This document shows positions 1 to 11,548 of a stretch of 64,000 nt of DNA, in pieces (positions within the stretch are counted from its first letter, which is position 1; the number at the start of each line of letters is the position of its first letter). The DNA comes from Fistulifera solaris (Eukaryota): contig AP026123.1 of NCBI GenBank assembly GCA_030295235.1, positions 1,302,001 through 1,366,000 on the forward strand, given 5' to 3'. A program made the translations under genes and the position numbers. The notes under the pieces were generated by a model. That model did not search any database. It was given only the letters and a program-made list of their open reading frames with translations, and was not told where the DNA came from.

Positions 1-83
1 ACTTGCCATTTGAGGCCATCAAACCCAACGTACGACTGTTGACTCGCATCTTCAATCGAAACAAGGCGCGACGAGGACGACAT
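1..83 (-). CDS. Possible 5' end of a gene running off the left edge (MSSSSRLVSIEDASQQSYVGFDGLKWQ...)
   Basis: ATG at 83-81 with an open frame to position 1 and an AT-rich leader upstream; no recognisable motif. Confidence 0.25.
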   Translation of the reverse strand, partial: MSSSSRLVSIEDASQQSYVGFDGLKWQ

Positions 84-680
84 TCTTCTGTTCTTATTTC
101 AGACTATATTTGCATGTAATTTAGACGCCAGAAAGAAGGTCGAAGTAGCGAAACGATTGATGAAGGTTGACGTCGTTTTGTTGGAAGTTTTGCAGGAGCG
201 AAAAAACGAGTGGATGGAATGTGTCATCGATCCGCTTTCCGCACATATGTCTCAAACAATAATATGATGTGAGGCACCGAGTGGCATTCATTTCACGTTT
301 CCTGCTTAACCGCGTGTGACGGTGTGACCAGTGACCAGTGACGGTACTGAGTACTGGAGAGACTAGGGACTAAAAAAGCGGTGAGCCACGAGCAACTAAG
401 CCTTACGAAAAGTAAGGCGTTGGCAGCTTAAGCTTTCTGTCGACTTAGCTCTTTTAAAGAAACAAGAACTTTCATTTGTAGTAATCTCGTAAATCTATCT
501 GACATTGACGTGTTTCAAAATCAGGAAAATTAAAGACAAGGTCTTTTTGTCATCAAGATTCCTTATTTTCTATTTCCGCAATCTGCTTTGTGTTTTCATC
601 AGCAATCGCTATGGGTTTTAGTTCGATAGTGATGTTCTCCGCTTCTTTATCATCAATCCCTCTATATCGTGTGTGCCCTT

Positions 681-1664
681 TTAGACAACTCCGTCCGGCT
701 TGTGGGTCAGTTCTATCCATAGCGACAAGAATCGATTCGAATTGTTTTGATTGTTTTCTTCATTGCCGGTGGGCTGCGGCGCACTGCTACGATGTTTACT
801 TGCTGGTGATCGGACTGTTTCAATCTTTTTCTCTTCGTTTGTATCCTCTTCCTCCATCACCAGCATGTTACGAATTGACATTTTCTTGTCGTTTTCATCA
901 GAATCATCGTCGGAATCATCGTCCATCTCTTGCGCCGGTTCGTCTCCTCTTAAAGGGTTAGTTCTCGAATTAAAGTACGGCGGTGGATGTTGACTCGGGT
1001 TTTCGTTGCCTGGTATTCGACGCTCGGAAAAGAGTCGCTTTCGCGATACGGGTGAGCGTGGTTGTGGCTCGTCTTGATCATCATTCACCAATGTACTATT
1101 CACGGGAAAGGATTCTGACGGCTGCGATGATAGCATTCCCCCTGTCTGCCTCGATTGAGTAATATATTGTTTCAGAAGGCGATGGTGATGGGTTGGATCT
1201 TGAAGTACTTTTGCTACATCTCCGCTGGGTGGCTTTCGGTGACGCAACAATTCCGCGGTCGATGCCAATTTCCAACTGTCCAAGACGCGCTTTACCTCCA
1301 CAGAATCATTGATGGAAGACGGTTTGCCTATGATCGCCATGCCGTGTCCACCAATGACGTCCAAAGTCCCGACGTGAAAGCAAATGGCGTGTTTATCCCG
1401 GGATACGCCCGACTGACCCGAGGCTACGATATTGCACTGTTTCATACTGACTAAGGTTCCCGTCCGCAATGTTCCATTCAATTCATCGTAGAAAACTTCT
1501 ACAAAGAATTTTTTATCCGACAAAGTGACAACGTTGCTGTTTGGTCGAATCGCAATCACTTGAACGACTTGCGAGGAACGGTCTTGTGGCTTTTTTTGCT
1601 TGTGATACAGCAAAGCTGACACGACACGTTCTTCGATCCACGGATCACTGAGTAAACTTGCCAT
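681..1664 (-). CDS. Putative TPP1/ACD/Est3-like OB-fold protein with a disordered acidic C-terminal half
   Basis: 327-aa ORF. The N-terminal ~130 aa show the order PWI...LL, QVVQV, LSD, GTLVSMKQC, FHV, G-x-P-x-x-IN-x-x-x-EV-x-x-x-L, recalled from the TPP1/Est3 OB fold. The true 3' end may extend to ~550 through a frameshift. Confidence 0.55.
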   Translation of the reverse strand: MASLLSDPWIEERVVSALLYHKQKKPQDRSSQVVQVIAIRPNSNVVTLSDKKFFVEVFYDELNGTLRTGTLVSMKQCNIVASGQSGVSRDKHAICFHVGTLDVIGGHGMAIIGKPSSINDSVEVKRVLDSWKLASTAELLRHRKPPSGDVAKVLQDPTHHHRLLKQYITQSRQTGGMLSSQPSESFPVNSTLVNDDQDEPQPRSPVSRKRLFSERRIPGNENPSQHPPPYFNSRTNPLRGDEPAQEMDDDSDDDSDENDKKMSIRNMLVMEEEDTNEEKKIETVRSPASKHRSSAPQPTGNEENNQNNSNRFLSLWIELTHKPDGVV

Positions 1665-1791
1665 TCCTTTCTTTCTTTATTTCTACTTTAAATTGTTATC
1701 GCATTGTGGATTCAATGGTTGTTAATGCTGAGAAGTATTTTCTTTGCAAGCAGCTTTATCACTTGTTTCTCCACGAAATGCATTGCTGCAT

Positions 1792-1875
1792 GAAAGGACG
1801 TTTTTAAAAAATTCTGCCTCTCAGTACAAGTTTCTACGTAGAGCCTACGGCGAGGCAGAATTTTAACGTCGTTTC
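1792..1875. mobile_element. ~80-bp hairpin (MITE-like) element, copy 1
   Basis: Arms gaaaggacgtt(ttt)aaaa(aa)ttctgcctc and gaggcagaattttaacgtcgtttc are inverted repeats; near-identical to the reverse complement of 52303-52381. Confidence 0.6.
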
Positions 1876-1910
1876 AGTAAAAAACTTACTACGTACTCCG
1901 TAGCATTTAA

Positions 1911-2616
1911 TCGCGATCGCGTACAACCTACACTTTACCATCATAGTGAAAATGACAGTCGACGATACGGATGCGTATCGACGCAAATAGTTGCGTTTCA
2001 AATGAAGATAATAGTTAGTTCATTTATTGGTATTTCCATTGTATTTCATTATAGACTTCGCGCTTTTGTTTGTGGACAACTTTGGTGCTCTCATTGCTCA
2101 TTGCTTCGGTGGCGTTTCAAGTGACTGAAATTTAGTCGCGATCGCGTAGAACCTACACTTTACCACCATAGTGAAAATGGCAGTCGACGATACGGATGCT
2201 TTTCGACGCAAATAGTTGCGTTTCAAATGATGGTGATAGTTAGGCCATATAGTGGTAGTTCCATGGCATTTGAATATAGACTTCGCGCTTTTGTTTGTGG
2301 ACAACTTTGATGCTCTCATTGCTCATTGCTTCGGTGGCGTTTCATGTGACTGAAATTTAGTCGCGATCGCGTAGAACCTACACTTTACCATCATAGTGAA
2401 AATGACAGTCGACGATACGGATGCTTTTCGACGCAAATAGTTGCGTTTCAAATGAAGATGATAGTTAGATCATATAGTGGTATATTCGCGCTTTTGTTTG
2501 TGGACAACTTTGGTGCTCTCATTGCTCATTGCATCGGTGGCGTTTCAAGTTACTGAAATTTAGTCGCGATCGTGTACAACCGACACTTTACCATTATAGT
2601 GGAAAATGGTAGTCGA
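1911..2616. repeat. Tandem array, 225-bp unit, ~3.2 copies
   Basis: Anchor tcgcgatcg at 1911, 2136, 2361 and 2564 (periods 225, 225, 203; third unit has a 22-bp deletion). Confidence 0.95.
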
Positions 2617-2805
2617 ACTTGCCGAAAAAGCTGGTCCAGAATTTCTGGATCACAACAGATTTTTGGATGAACATGCACCAATATAAAGGGAGAAGGGAAC
2701 CCGGAGCTTTCGCACACTCAGTTTTCTCGTTTGTTGATCGATTGAACATTGTTGAACACGAGAGCATACGCGAAAAGTATGCCAAACAAACAATCAACTA
2801 CAAAC

Positions 2806-3237
2806 ATGAAAGCGTTTATTTCACTGGTGTTGTCGCTTTTCGCATTTTTCTTGGTGAGCGACATTTGCGCACTCAGCTTGTCGAAAACGTCACGACGATC
2901 GTTTTTAGGGTGGACGACGACAGCCGTCGTTTTTTCAACAGCCAATAAACCCGCAATGGCAGAGGCCGATTGTTTTACGGATTGTTTCAAGAACTGCCGA
3001 ACGATTGCGCCGAAAGATCTTACGTATTGTCAGGAAAACTGCAAAGGATATTGTGATCAAACGGATCGGAACGATGGTTTGTCGGGTTCTGTTTCATCCA
3101 GTGGGGGAGAAGTCGGCATTTTGGGAGGGACCTTCGGTACAGGAACCGTAGTGAAGGGCGAAGATAAGCCGCCTTCTATCGCTTTGCCCGGTTTGGACTT
3201 TACAAAAGGTGCCGGTAAAAAGCTAATTGGCTATTGA
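2806..3237 (+). CDS. Small Cys-rich protein, predicted thylakoid-lumen targeted (signal peptide plus twin-arginine motif)
   Basis: Signal MKAFISLVLSLFAFFLVSDICA, then SRRSFL, a hydrophobic stretch and an AMA cleavage site. The mature part starts with CX3CX3C-X10-CX3CX3C. Confidence 0.7.
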   Translation: MKAFISLVLSLFAFFLVSDICALSLSKTSRRSFLGWTTTAVVFSTANKPAMAEADCFTDCFKNCRTIAPKDLTYCQENCKGYCDQTDRNDGLSGSVSSSGGEVGILGGTFGTGTVVKGEDKPPSIALPGLDFTKGAGKKLIGY

Positions 3238-3328
3238 TCTGTTTCGAATGTGTTTACGAAATCACTGTGCTGTAGCGCTAACCTCGCAAGGCAATTTCTT
3301 TAGACATTTTGTAAAAAGAATAACAAAG

Positions 3329-4534
3329 TTAGCGGTAGCCGAGTAAGCGCTCCATGTGTACATCCATATTTGATTCGATCCATTCCTTCAGTCCTTTCGG
3401 AACGACCCGTTGCCCCATTCGCTCCGGCTGAGGACCGGTGGGCTTGCATTGTTGGGGTAAAGTCCCCTGCATTCCTGCTACTTGTGATACTTGCTCCATT
3501 AAAAACTGTGTTCCTTTTTCGAGCAGGTCTTCGTAACGAACCAGGACAAAGCCGCCGATACTGAACAGGGAAGGTAAATGGAGAACGTGATTGGCTATTT
3601 TGTCGGCGCGCAATTCGAGGATATTTTGATAAGCAGTCCCTGAACCATCGTTTTTCAGTTCATATACCGGATACATAGAACGTAGCATATCACCCGGCAA
3701 TTCTTCCAACGTTGAATTCAATGTACAGGGAACGACATCATCGTAGCGAAACAAACTTTGACAGAGTCTTTCTAATCTCAACGCTGGATTAGCTGCCATA
3801 TGTTTGAATAGTTCTCTGTCGCTTTTCGGGCGTGGCATGGTCCACGGTCGTGATACAAAGTCAGCCCAAGGTAACGGAGTCACCTCATTATTATGAATGC
3901 TAGCCACATGCGCCGGGCTGTGATACGGCATCTCGTTCATAGCCGACACCCAGTCCACTGGATCTCTTACAATCACAACAATAATGTGGCGCAGAAAGTC
4001 ACCCCCGTATTGCAAAGGTTGAAAGAAGTGTTTGGATCGAATGAAATCTCGATGAATTCTTTTGATATAAGGAGCCGATTCGGGCGCGTTGGAAAAACAC
4101 TGTTGCAGATCTTTTGTAATCCACTTGGTTCCCGAATGTCTTTCTCCGATGATGTGAACTTCAAACGGTTCTTCGTTTCCCGTGTCATCTTCGGCAAAGA
4201 AGCGACCCGTCAAACATTTTTGTACCGAATCCCAGGTGTTGATCCCTGAGTTCCGACAATCGGCATTCATGGGCCGTCGCAATTGAGGTGGCATACAGTC
4301 CTGAATATCGTGCCACGATTTCAACCGTTTACAGGATATACGTTGTTGACGTTGTTTGAAGTCTTCGATCATGGCTTCGCGATTGATGTATGCACTCTTG
4401 GTCTCTCTGACCAACCGCAGAGTCGTCAAGGTCGAGAGACTGATGCCCATTGTTGTCGCGAGGATGAGCGCATTCTTGAGGGAAAGACAGGGCCTTTCGC
4501 TGCTGGGCAACCTCCTTTTCTTTCGGCTATTCAT
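3329..4534 (-). CDS. Type II membrane sulfotransferase-domain protein
   Basis: 401-aa ORF with a basic N-tail and one TM segment; GERHSGTKW (5'-PSB-like), IVRDPVDWVSAM (3'-PB-like) and VRYEDLL motifs. Confidence 0.75.
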   Translation of the reverse strand: MNSRKKRRLPSSERPCLSLKNALILATTMGISLSTLTTLRLVRETKSAYINREAMIEDFKQRQQRISCKRLKSWHDIQDCMPPQLRRPMNADCRNSGINTWDSVQKCLTGRFFAEDDTGNEEPFEVHIIGERHSGTKWITKDLQQCFSNAPESAPYIKRIHRDFIRSKHFFQPLQYGGDFLRHIIVVIVRDPVDWVSAMNEMPYHSPAHVASIHNNEVTPLPWADFVSRPWTMPRPKSDRELFKHMAANPALRLERLCQSLFRYDDVVPCTLNSTLEELPGDMLRSMYPVYELKNDGSGTAYQNILELRADKIANHVLHLPSLFSIGGFVLVRYEDLLEKGTQFLMEQVSQVAGMQGTLPQQCKPTGPQPERMGQRVVPKGLKEWIESNMDVHMERLLGYR

Positions 4535-4900
4535 CGGTGGCGCGAAGAATTGTAATGGGGACCAGCCATTCTTTGTCTACATGAAACTCTTTCAGTGGAG
4601 GGAAAGTTTAGTTGTCGGTTGTGGCTTTTTTCTTTCTTTATTATGGTCATTTATTATTTGTTGGCGCGCGCGGTCATAATAACCATCTCCGACTCCAAGG
4701 CAATGCAGTCCCGGAATCAGTTCCTCCGTCATGAGTCATGAGTAAATGCGTCGGCAACAAAAATGATTGTTAACTACCGCCTTATTTAGAGGCGGAAAAG
4801 TGATTGATTGTGACACTAAATTTCTAGAATAGGTGAATTAATTTATTGATCCCAAGGCAATCCTTGATTGATCCTAGCAAACAGAGAATGTTGGTGACTC

Positions 4901-5420
4901 GTGACTGAAACGCAATCGCGGTCTCCCAGAACCGTATCACTTTGTGCCAATAGTAAATACGAAAGACAACGTTTCGCAAGGCTCTTCGACGTAAAATAAT
5001 ACCATGATGGGTAACGAAAAGGCTGCTGAAGCCTATTTCATTGCAACAACGACAAGTGGAGCTCAAGAAATTTGCGGAACGAGCGAATCTTAGGCAGCGT
5101 TGTCGCTCGACCGTATCTGGTTTTATCTACTGAAAAGCAGTCGTGGCGAAATACGGACAACACTTTGCGGTCCAGAGTAGATTAAGGCAGACAGCGTTTC
5201 GCAGTCTTTTCGACGTACAAAGATCAAGGTGTTCAATTCAAACGCTGGTGAAGATTATTGCATTGTCACAATGACAAATGGAGCTCAAGAAAATCTGCGG
5301 ATCGAACGAATTGCAGGTACTGTAACATTGTCGCTGGAAATAATATTGATTCATGACTGAATTGCAGTCTTGGATAAGGTGAGAGACACTTTGGCCTATA
5401 GTAGATACGATTGACGTTAT
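4901..5420. repeat. Degenerate tandem array, ~222-bp unit, ~2.3 copies; same family as 62815-63570
   Basis: Anchor ggagctcaag at 5058 and 5280; shares its start (gtctccc..gaacc..tagtaaatac..agacaacgtttcg) and end (gtcttggataag..gacactttgg..agtagat.cg.ttgac) with the 63-kb array. Confidence 0.85.
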
Positions 5421-5582
5421 CGTGCAGCAAGCAGAAATTCTGGATATTTACCGTAACTAACTTGCCGCTTTCATCCAAGCGAACGTATAACACTTTTTCG
5501 GACATTTGGAGCAAATAATGAAATGATAACAAATCTTGAACAGAGCAAGATCTGGGTCCACGCATTACGCTTTGTCAAAAAA

Positions 5583-6484
5583 ATGCCGGCTCGAAACGAG
5601 TCGATTGCTTCAGAAGTCGTAGCAGCCGCTTTGGCGGGTGCTATATCCGCCACAGTTCTTTATCCTCTCGAAATCGTCAAGACCAATTTGGTGGCCAAAG
5701 ATGATTCGTCTGCGGAGGACAAGGATGATAATAATGGGATGATTGCAACGGCGCAGGCTTTGTACAAGGAAGGAGGCGTTGCGCGGTTCTTTCGCGGGGT
5801 GCAATTTTCTGCTGTGCAGAGTTCGGTCGAGAAGGCTCTCTACTTCTTTTCGTACACCTGCCTAAAACAAGTTCACAGCACATTTTCAGGCGGAGCTAAC
5901 ATGAGCACATTGACCAATCTCATTTTCGGATATGCTGCGGAGTGGTCCCATTTACCTGTCACCTTACCTATCGATTCCATCACGACCGCAATCCAGACGT
6001 CGTCGAAAGGTGATGGAACCTTTCAAGTTTTAATGGCAATGCTTTCCTCGAAAAACCAGAAATACTACAACGCAATATCGGCTTACTATCTGCTGTGCCT
6101 TAAACCCGCTCTACAGTACACAGTTTATGAACAGGTCAAAACTGTGTGGCTCCGATCCAAGTCACGCAAGGCGCTAACAGCTGTCGAAGCTTTTGCTTTA
6201 GGGATGGTTGCCAGAACAGTAGCGACGATATTAGCTTTCCCTTTTTGAGAGCTAAAGTCTTACTGCAGACCCAACACCGTCAGCACAACGACACCATAGT
6301 AGATACTCCGCCGAAAACGACCACCAGAATACTAAACGAACAATGGAATCGCGCCGGTCTCGCGGGTCTCTATCAGGGTCTGTCGCCGGAACTGGCTCGT
6401 GGCGTCTTGAGTGCTGCTCTAATGCTGATGATCAAGGAACGAATTGCTGAAAAGGTGCAACATGCATTCTCTACGAAATCATAG
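5583..6484 (+). CDS. Mitochondrial-carrier-family protein, peroxisomal adenine nucleotide carrier (PMP34/ANT1/PNC)-like; one frameshift
   Basis: Three carrier signature repeats (YPLEIVKTNL, LPIDSITT, FPFLRAKV) plus LCLKPALQYTVYEQVK and GLYQGLSPEL. One extra T in the run at 6242-6246 joins the two ORFs. Confidence 0.8.
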
Positions 6485-6719
6485 TATTCTGCATTTGAAT
6501 TCATGAGGTGATGGCACTGAACTTCCCTTTGCTGCTGTTGTTATCCGGGTTTCTGTGGTTATGCGTTTGAAATGCCACTAGACCCCTACGACGTAAGAAC
6601 ACTTGTAGTGTTGGCGCACGCGAGAAGGGGGTCAAAGCTGTGAAGAATTGTATTTATTAATGAGATGAAAACAGAACCTTATGAAATTAGGCTACGGAAA
6701 ACAAAAAGGCGGATGGCAA

Positions 6720-7418
6720 TCAAAGCTGCGATGTCTGTAGGCTTTGTCGAATGACAGACCGGGTCTTTCCTTGAATATCGTGTCGGCTTTGGTGAAGGCG
6801 ACGGCTAAAAAGTTCTTTCCGAATGTGGGGGCAGTGGCCAAGCTCGGACCATGCCTTGCGAAACGATAGTAGCTGAAGCTTTTTCACCGGAACAGGCTTC
6901 ACTCTGGGAAGTGGAAAGGACGTCTTCTCGGAAGAGCACGATGCAACGCGCGAAACAATTGCAGCATTTGAAATGTTCGGACCGGCACAAGATAATTGCT
7001 GTCTAAGTTGAGCTCGGTGTGCTTGGGTGGTGTTGTTGAGCTGTGAAAAGTGTGATGTCCTTGGTACAATGTGGTCAAGATCACCCCCGTCGGGAAGTAT
7101 TGGGCCGTAGCGGTGCATTTGAGTGTTGTTTGCTGGGGTGTCGTATTTCAATTCTTCGACAGAAGCCAGTGGTAGATAGCCAGATTGCTTCAAGCGTTGC
7201 TTCTCAATCAAGCGTTGAAGCAATAAATACCTCTCAGCCGTGGCACGAGATGTAGAACCGATGTCTGGGAATGCTTGTCGGCTTTGCAAGGCGAGTAAAG
7301 AGCCTTGAACGAGTTCTCTCGATCTCACCACTTCCTCGCTCATCAACGCGCTTCGCTGCAGCTGACTTGCTTCAATCATGCGGAGCTGTTCCAAGAGGTA
7401 ACTCTGCGGATCATTCAT
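6720..7418 (-). CDS. Hypothetical protein, Q/S/L-rich with a basic C-terminal segment
   Basis: 232-aa ATG-initiated ORF between AT-rich flanks; no family recognised. Confidence 0.6.
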   Translation of the reverse strand: MNDPQSYLLEQLRMIEASQLQRSALMSEEVVRSRELVQGSLLALQSRQAFPDIGSTSRATAERYLLLQRLIEKQRLKQSGYLPLASVEELKYDTPANNTQMHRYGPILPDGGDLDHIVPRTSHFSQLNNTTQAHRAQLRQQLSCAGPNISNAAIVSRVASCSSEKTSFPLPRVKPVPVKKLQLLSFRKAWSELGHCPHIRKELFSRRLHQSRHDIQGKTRSVIRQSLQTSQL

Positions 7419-8734
7419 TTCTAATGAGCTTGTTATGTTTAAAGGAAGGAAGAAACTGAAGTAGATAACAGAATCACCGATAAGATGAGCAAAATAAACT
7501 TTATGGAAGATTGTAAAGGCAATAAAGCCATTGCCACGCCGCTGATGACACGCTAACTTGCACGTTACTCAGAAGGTCAGAAGTTGCAGCAGGCCATTTT
7601 GGAGAAGAACGGCGGGGAACGTCGATGACCGCAGAAGTCGGTTTAGGGAAAAAAGCAAACGTTTTTCCAAGTTTAAGAAACGACCTTGAACTTTCTCTGG
7701 CGTCTTGCTGACCTAGCAGTAGCGCAATAAGTACTAATTTTGACGATAAAGTTCTACTTTGGGATCATATATTAATTGTCCGAGATTTTCGTATTAATGT
7801 CCGTCGGTTGCTATTTGCTATACATACGTTGCGCTTGGACTTAAAGAGCCAATAGAAAAAACAGTCATTGATAGTCCTATAGCTACAGAAGGTAAAATAC
7901 GGAGTCGGTACTGTTTTGTACGATTTTAACGATTAACGCTTATCTGGCCGTTGAGTAGTAATTTTCGAAGTATCCACCGCAAAGTAAGAACCAGGACTAC
8001 AAGTAGAGTTCTTCAAATCTTTAAAGAGTTGTTGGTTGTTGAAGAAATTGAACATTGAACCATGAAAACAGTCTACAATTTATACAGTAGTAAACTTATT
8101 GTTCTTGGTGTGGAGTGTAGACCGTATTGTTAACCGTGAAACTCATAAGTAGTAACCGACGTCTGATGTGACATGACGACGTTTTCATTTCTAAATCTAT
8201 CAAAAAGCTCCAAAAGATCTCGACTGGATCTCTTTGAGACAAAAAAAACCGTTCTGCCGCTCATCTTTAGATCATGGAGCGAATCATCACCTTGGATTGC
8301 TGAATGGTAATGTTTCATGGTATTCTTTACTGGTTGTTTAGATTACCGTGCACTTCAAACTGAACTGGCGTGTGTGGACTCTCAAGTCGATGCAATCCCG
8401 ACTCCCTCAAATTATTCCCAGTCCAGAAATTCGTCGACGGCAATAATTCTAATGAACTATTACGCCATCTTAATCTAAAACGGTTAAGGATCGTGAACGA
8501 AAATGAGTTTTCTTTCCGTGGTTAGAAAAGTCGACAGCCGATTCAGGTTCATTCAGGTTGAGGCACCTGTGTCTGTCTGTGGTCGGTCGATCGATCCATT
8601 GTCGAGTGCGGATGGTGCGCAGCTTTATTTTTGAAAAGAAAGGCACGCGAAAAATGAACTAAAGATAATCGAGCCTCGAGCATTGCAAGAATAATCACTT
8701 CTATTCCATCTTTTATCACAGCTGTTATCACAGC

Positions 8735-10386
8735 ATGACTTCTATGGCCTATAATAGCGCCGCTGGGCTTGCAGGAATGCTCAAGGAAGGAACCCGTCAC
8801 TTCAGTCAAGAAGACGACCCTACCAATTCGTCTGTTGTCCTTCGCAACATTTCAGCTTGCCTTGAACTCTCACGAATGCTCAGCACATCGCTTGGTCCGC
8901 AAGGTCGCTGTAAACTTGTCGTCAATCACCTGGAAAAGATAATGGTAACATCCGATTGTGCTGCCATTCTGAAAGAAGTTGAGGTCGAACATCCTGCTGC
9001 AAAATTGTTGGCGTCTGCTTGCAAAAAAGCAAGAGGAGGAATGCGGCGACAATACCAACTTTGTTCTTGCTTTCGCTGGTGAACTTCTCTGGCAAACTGC
9101 TCAGCTTATTGCTAAGATGACTTGGCAACCAGCCCCCGAAATTCTGGCAGGATACCGCCGTGCTTTGGATTTGTGCGAAAGCAAATTCTTTCCTGCTCTA
9201 GTTTGTGACAGTGTCAACGATTTTACTCAGAAAGATCAATTGCTACAACTTCTTCGTCCTGTGCTTGCTTCGAAGCAGTACGGAAGCGAAGGTGTACTGG
9301 CGCCTCTTGTCGTAGACGCTTGCTTGCGCGTCATGAAGAATGGGCGTGTCTCTGTGGAATCCGTTCGCACGGTTAAAATTCCGGGTGCATCCGTCTCCCA
9401 GTCCGTCTTGTTGGACGGATATGCCGCAAAAAGTGGTGTGGAAACAGTTGTGACGTCGGTGGAAAAGGCAAAGATTGCTGTATTTGCATCGGGCTTTGAG
9501 GCTTCTTCGACCGAAGCCAAGGGCACGGTCTTGATGAAGAATGCGGACGACTTGAAAAACTACAACAAATCCGAGGAAGCGAAAATGGAAGAGATTGTGC
9601 GCTCTATTGTAGAGTCCGGCGTCAAGATTGTTGTCACGGGGGGAAATCTTTCGGACATGGCTTTGCACTTCCTCGATCGTCACCAAGTCATGTGTCTTCG
9701 CATCGGTAGCAAGTGGGAATTGCGACGACTTTGTCAAGCGGTTGGCGCCACTGCGTTGGTCCGTTTGGGACCTCCAACGCCAGATGAAATGGGTTACTGT
9801 GATTCGGCAAGGGTTCAAGAAATGGGTGGAAAGCCTGTTACGATCTTCACGAATGCAGAAAGCAAGTTGGCTACGATCGTCCTCCGAGCGAGTACTACCT
9901 CGGTGTTGAACGACCTCGAGCGAGCGGTGGATGACGGAGTACAAGCTGTAGCGCAAGCGGCAAAGGATGGACGTTTCGTGTACGGCGGTGGCGCTGTCGA
10001 GATGGCGCTATCGGTTGCCTTGCAACAAGAAGCCGAGAAAGTACCAGGATTGGAACAGTATGCGCTGGCAGCTTTCGGTAAAGCCCTCGAAGTCATTCCT
10101 CGCACGTTGGCAGAGAATGCGGGATGGGACTCTACTCGCGTCTTGGCGGATCTTCAGAGTGCTCATGCTTCGGTCGCGGAAGGCACCATTTGTGATGTCG
10201 GTGTAGACATAGATCGGTTGGGAGATGACCAAGGCAGCGGAACCATTAGTATGAAGGAGAAAGCGATCTACGATTTGCTAAACACCAAGATGAGTGCGCT
10301 TCGTCAGGCTGTCGACGCGACAGTGACAATTCTAAAGGTCGATCAGATCATCATGAGTAAAGCCTAGCGGCGGCCCTAAAATGTAA
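8735..10386 (+). CDS. CCT8: T-complex protein 1 subunit theta; two apparent homopolymer frameshifts
   Basis: Motifs TSLGPQGRCKLVVNHLEKIMVTSD, QEEECGDNTN, TEAKGTVL, SKWELRRLC and DLERAVDDGV. Removing one A at 9023-9028 and one at 10359-10361 gives one frame ending QIIMSKPSGGPKM*. Confidence 0.93.
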
Positions 10387-10486
10387 AAAGAACTGCATTA
10401 CTGAGAAAACTGGCGCTTTATGTAGAATACTATCAATAAAAAGTATGCCAAAATCTGGTTGTGAGGCTTGGAAGTAAATTGTGAGT

Positions 10487-10801
10487 TTATTGTGGTAGAG
10501 TTTGATAAGAGATATCGTGCGGCTCATCGTGATCGGCTGCTACCGACATGATGTTCAGTGCTGCATCCAAAACGTTTAGCAATTCCTGTTGCCTAGCTGC
10601 TGAAGTACGAACTCTACCAGTGCTTTCCGGCGTGAGTTGAAGATTAGCACGCTGCCGTGCATCGAAAGAAGTGCGCTCTTTCCCACGCTGCATCAAAGCA
10701 TGAAGGCTGTCATTGGTAAAGCTGGCTCCGATTCGTGGCTCGGAAGCTGCGTCAAAGTAAGCGGAGTTGGGACAGGATGTTGCGGACTGCATGATACTCA
10801 A
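10487..10801 (-). CDS. Small hypothetical protein
   Basis: 104-aa ORF with an amphipathic helix QELLNVLDAALNIM near the C-terminus; start codon uncertain. Confidence 0.4.
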   Translation of the reverse strand: MSIMQSATSCPNSAYFDAASEPRIGASFTNDSLHALMQRGKERTSFDARQRANLQLTPESTGRVRTSAARQQELLNVLDAALNIMSVAADHDEPHDISYQTLPQ

Positions 10802-11303
10802 AAAGAACGGTATGATGAGGATGCCAAGGTCAAGGAAAGGCGGTAAAAGCGAAGTTAAATGCGGTGATGTTTCGGCCGATGAGTTATACTAGTAAGTTAT
10901 AAGCTGTAGGTTTTGGCGGGTTTGATGGATGAAACGAGAAACATTTTTGTCGTTTGTCGCGGTTGGAGCTTTGGGTATTGGTTGTTGGTTTTCAATTTGC
11001 ACAACAACATTTCGCATAATGTTTTGAAGTCTTCAACGTGGACAGTGCACACTTCACAGATCTCATACGCGCTGTACATTTCTATCATATAGCCCAGTAC
11101 CTTGGAAAGGAATCATAAGTAAAGCTTTTCGGAATAATAAAGTGTCGGCTGTTGAAATGACAGATGACAGTCGAAAATTCGAGACGTTTACTTTTGTGTG
11201 TGAAAGTGAAACTCCGACAAAATGACCAATGACACTTTCTTACGTCACACACTATGTCATACTGTACCTCTACTGACGGTCTTTTGACGCCACGCGCACA
11301 CGC

Positions 11304-11338
11304 CACAACCCACAACCCACAACCCATAACCCAAGACC
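11304..11338. repeat. Heptamer tandem repeat (cacaacc)3 plus two degenerate copies
   Basis: Read directly from the sequence. Confidence 0.8.
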
Positions 11339-11548
11339 CATACAAGTACAGTACACATAAAAATTAACAGTCGATAGTCTACTTGTAGTACGTACGTCGA
11401 TCGTCAACGTCTGTACCTCCTTCCGTTGTCACCACAGACAAGGGCTAACCGCTAACCGACAACCAACAACCAAAAGCGAGAAAAAAACAAAACGAGAGGA
11501 AGAACAATTACATTTGATTGCGCCTTTCTGTCAAAACAAAACACAACA

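Noticed and set aside
2098..2319. 73-aa ORF that exactly fills one 225-bp unit, suggesting a tandem peptide gene
   Set aside because: The neighbouring units have an early TGA and a 22-bp deletion, so the frame is not conserved.
7850..8480. AT-rich stretch with a 62-aa ORF (8130-8318), possible decayed gene or TE
   Set aside because: No recognisable motif or termini by eye.
11304..11338. Interstitial telomeric repeat
   Set aside because: The unit is cacaacc (7 bp), not CCCTAA, and is very short.
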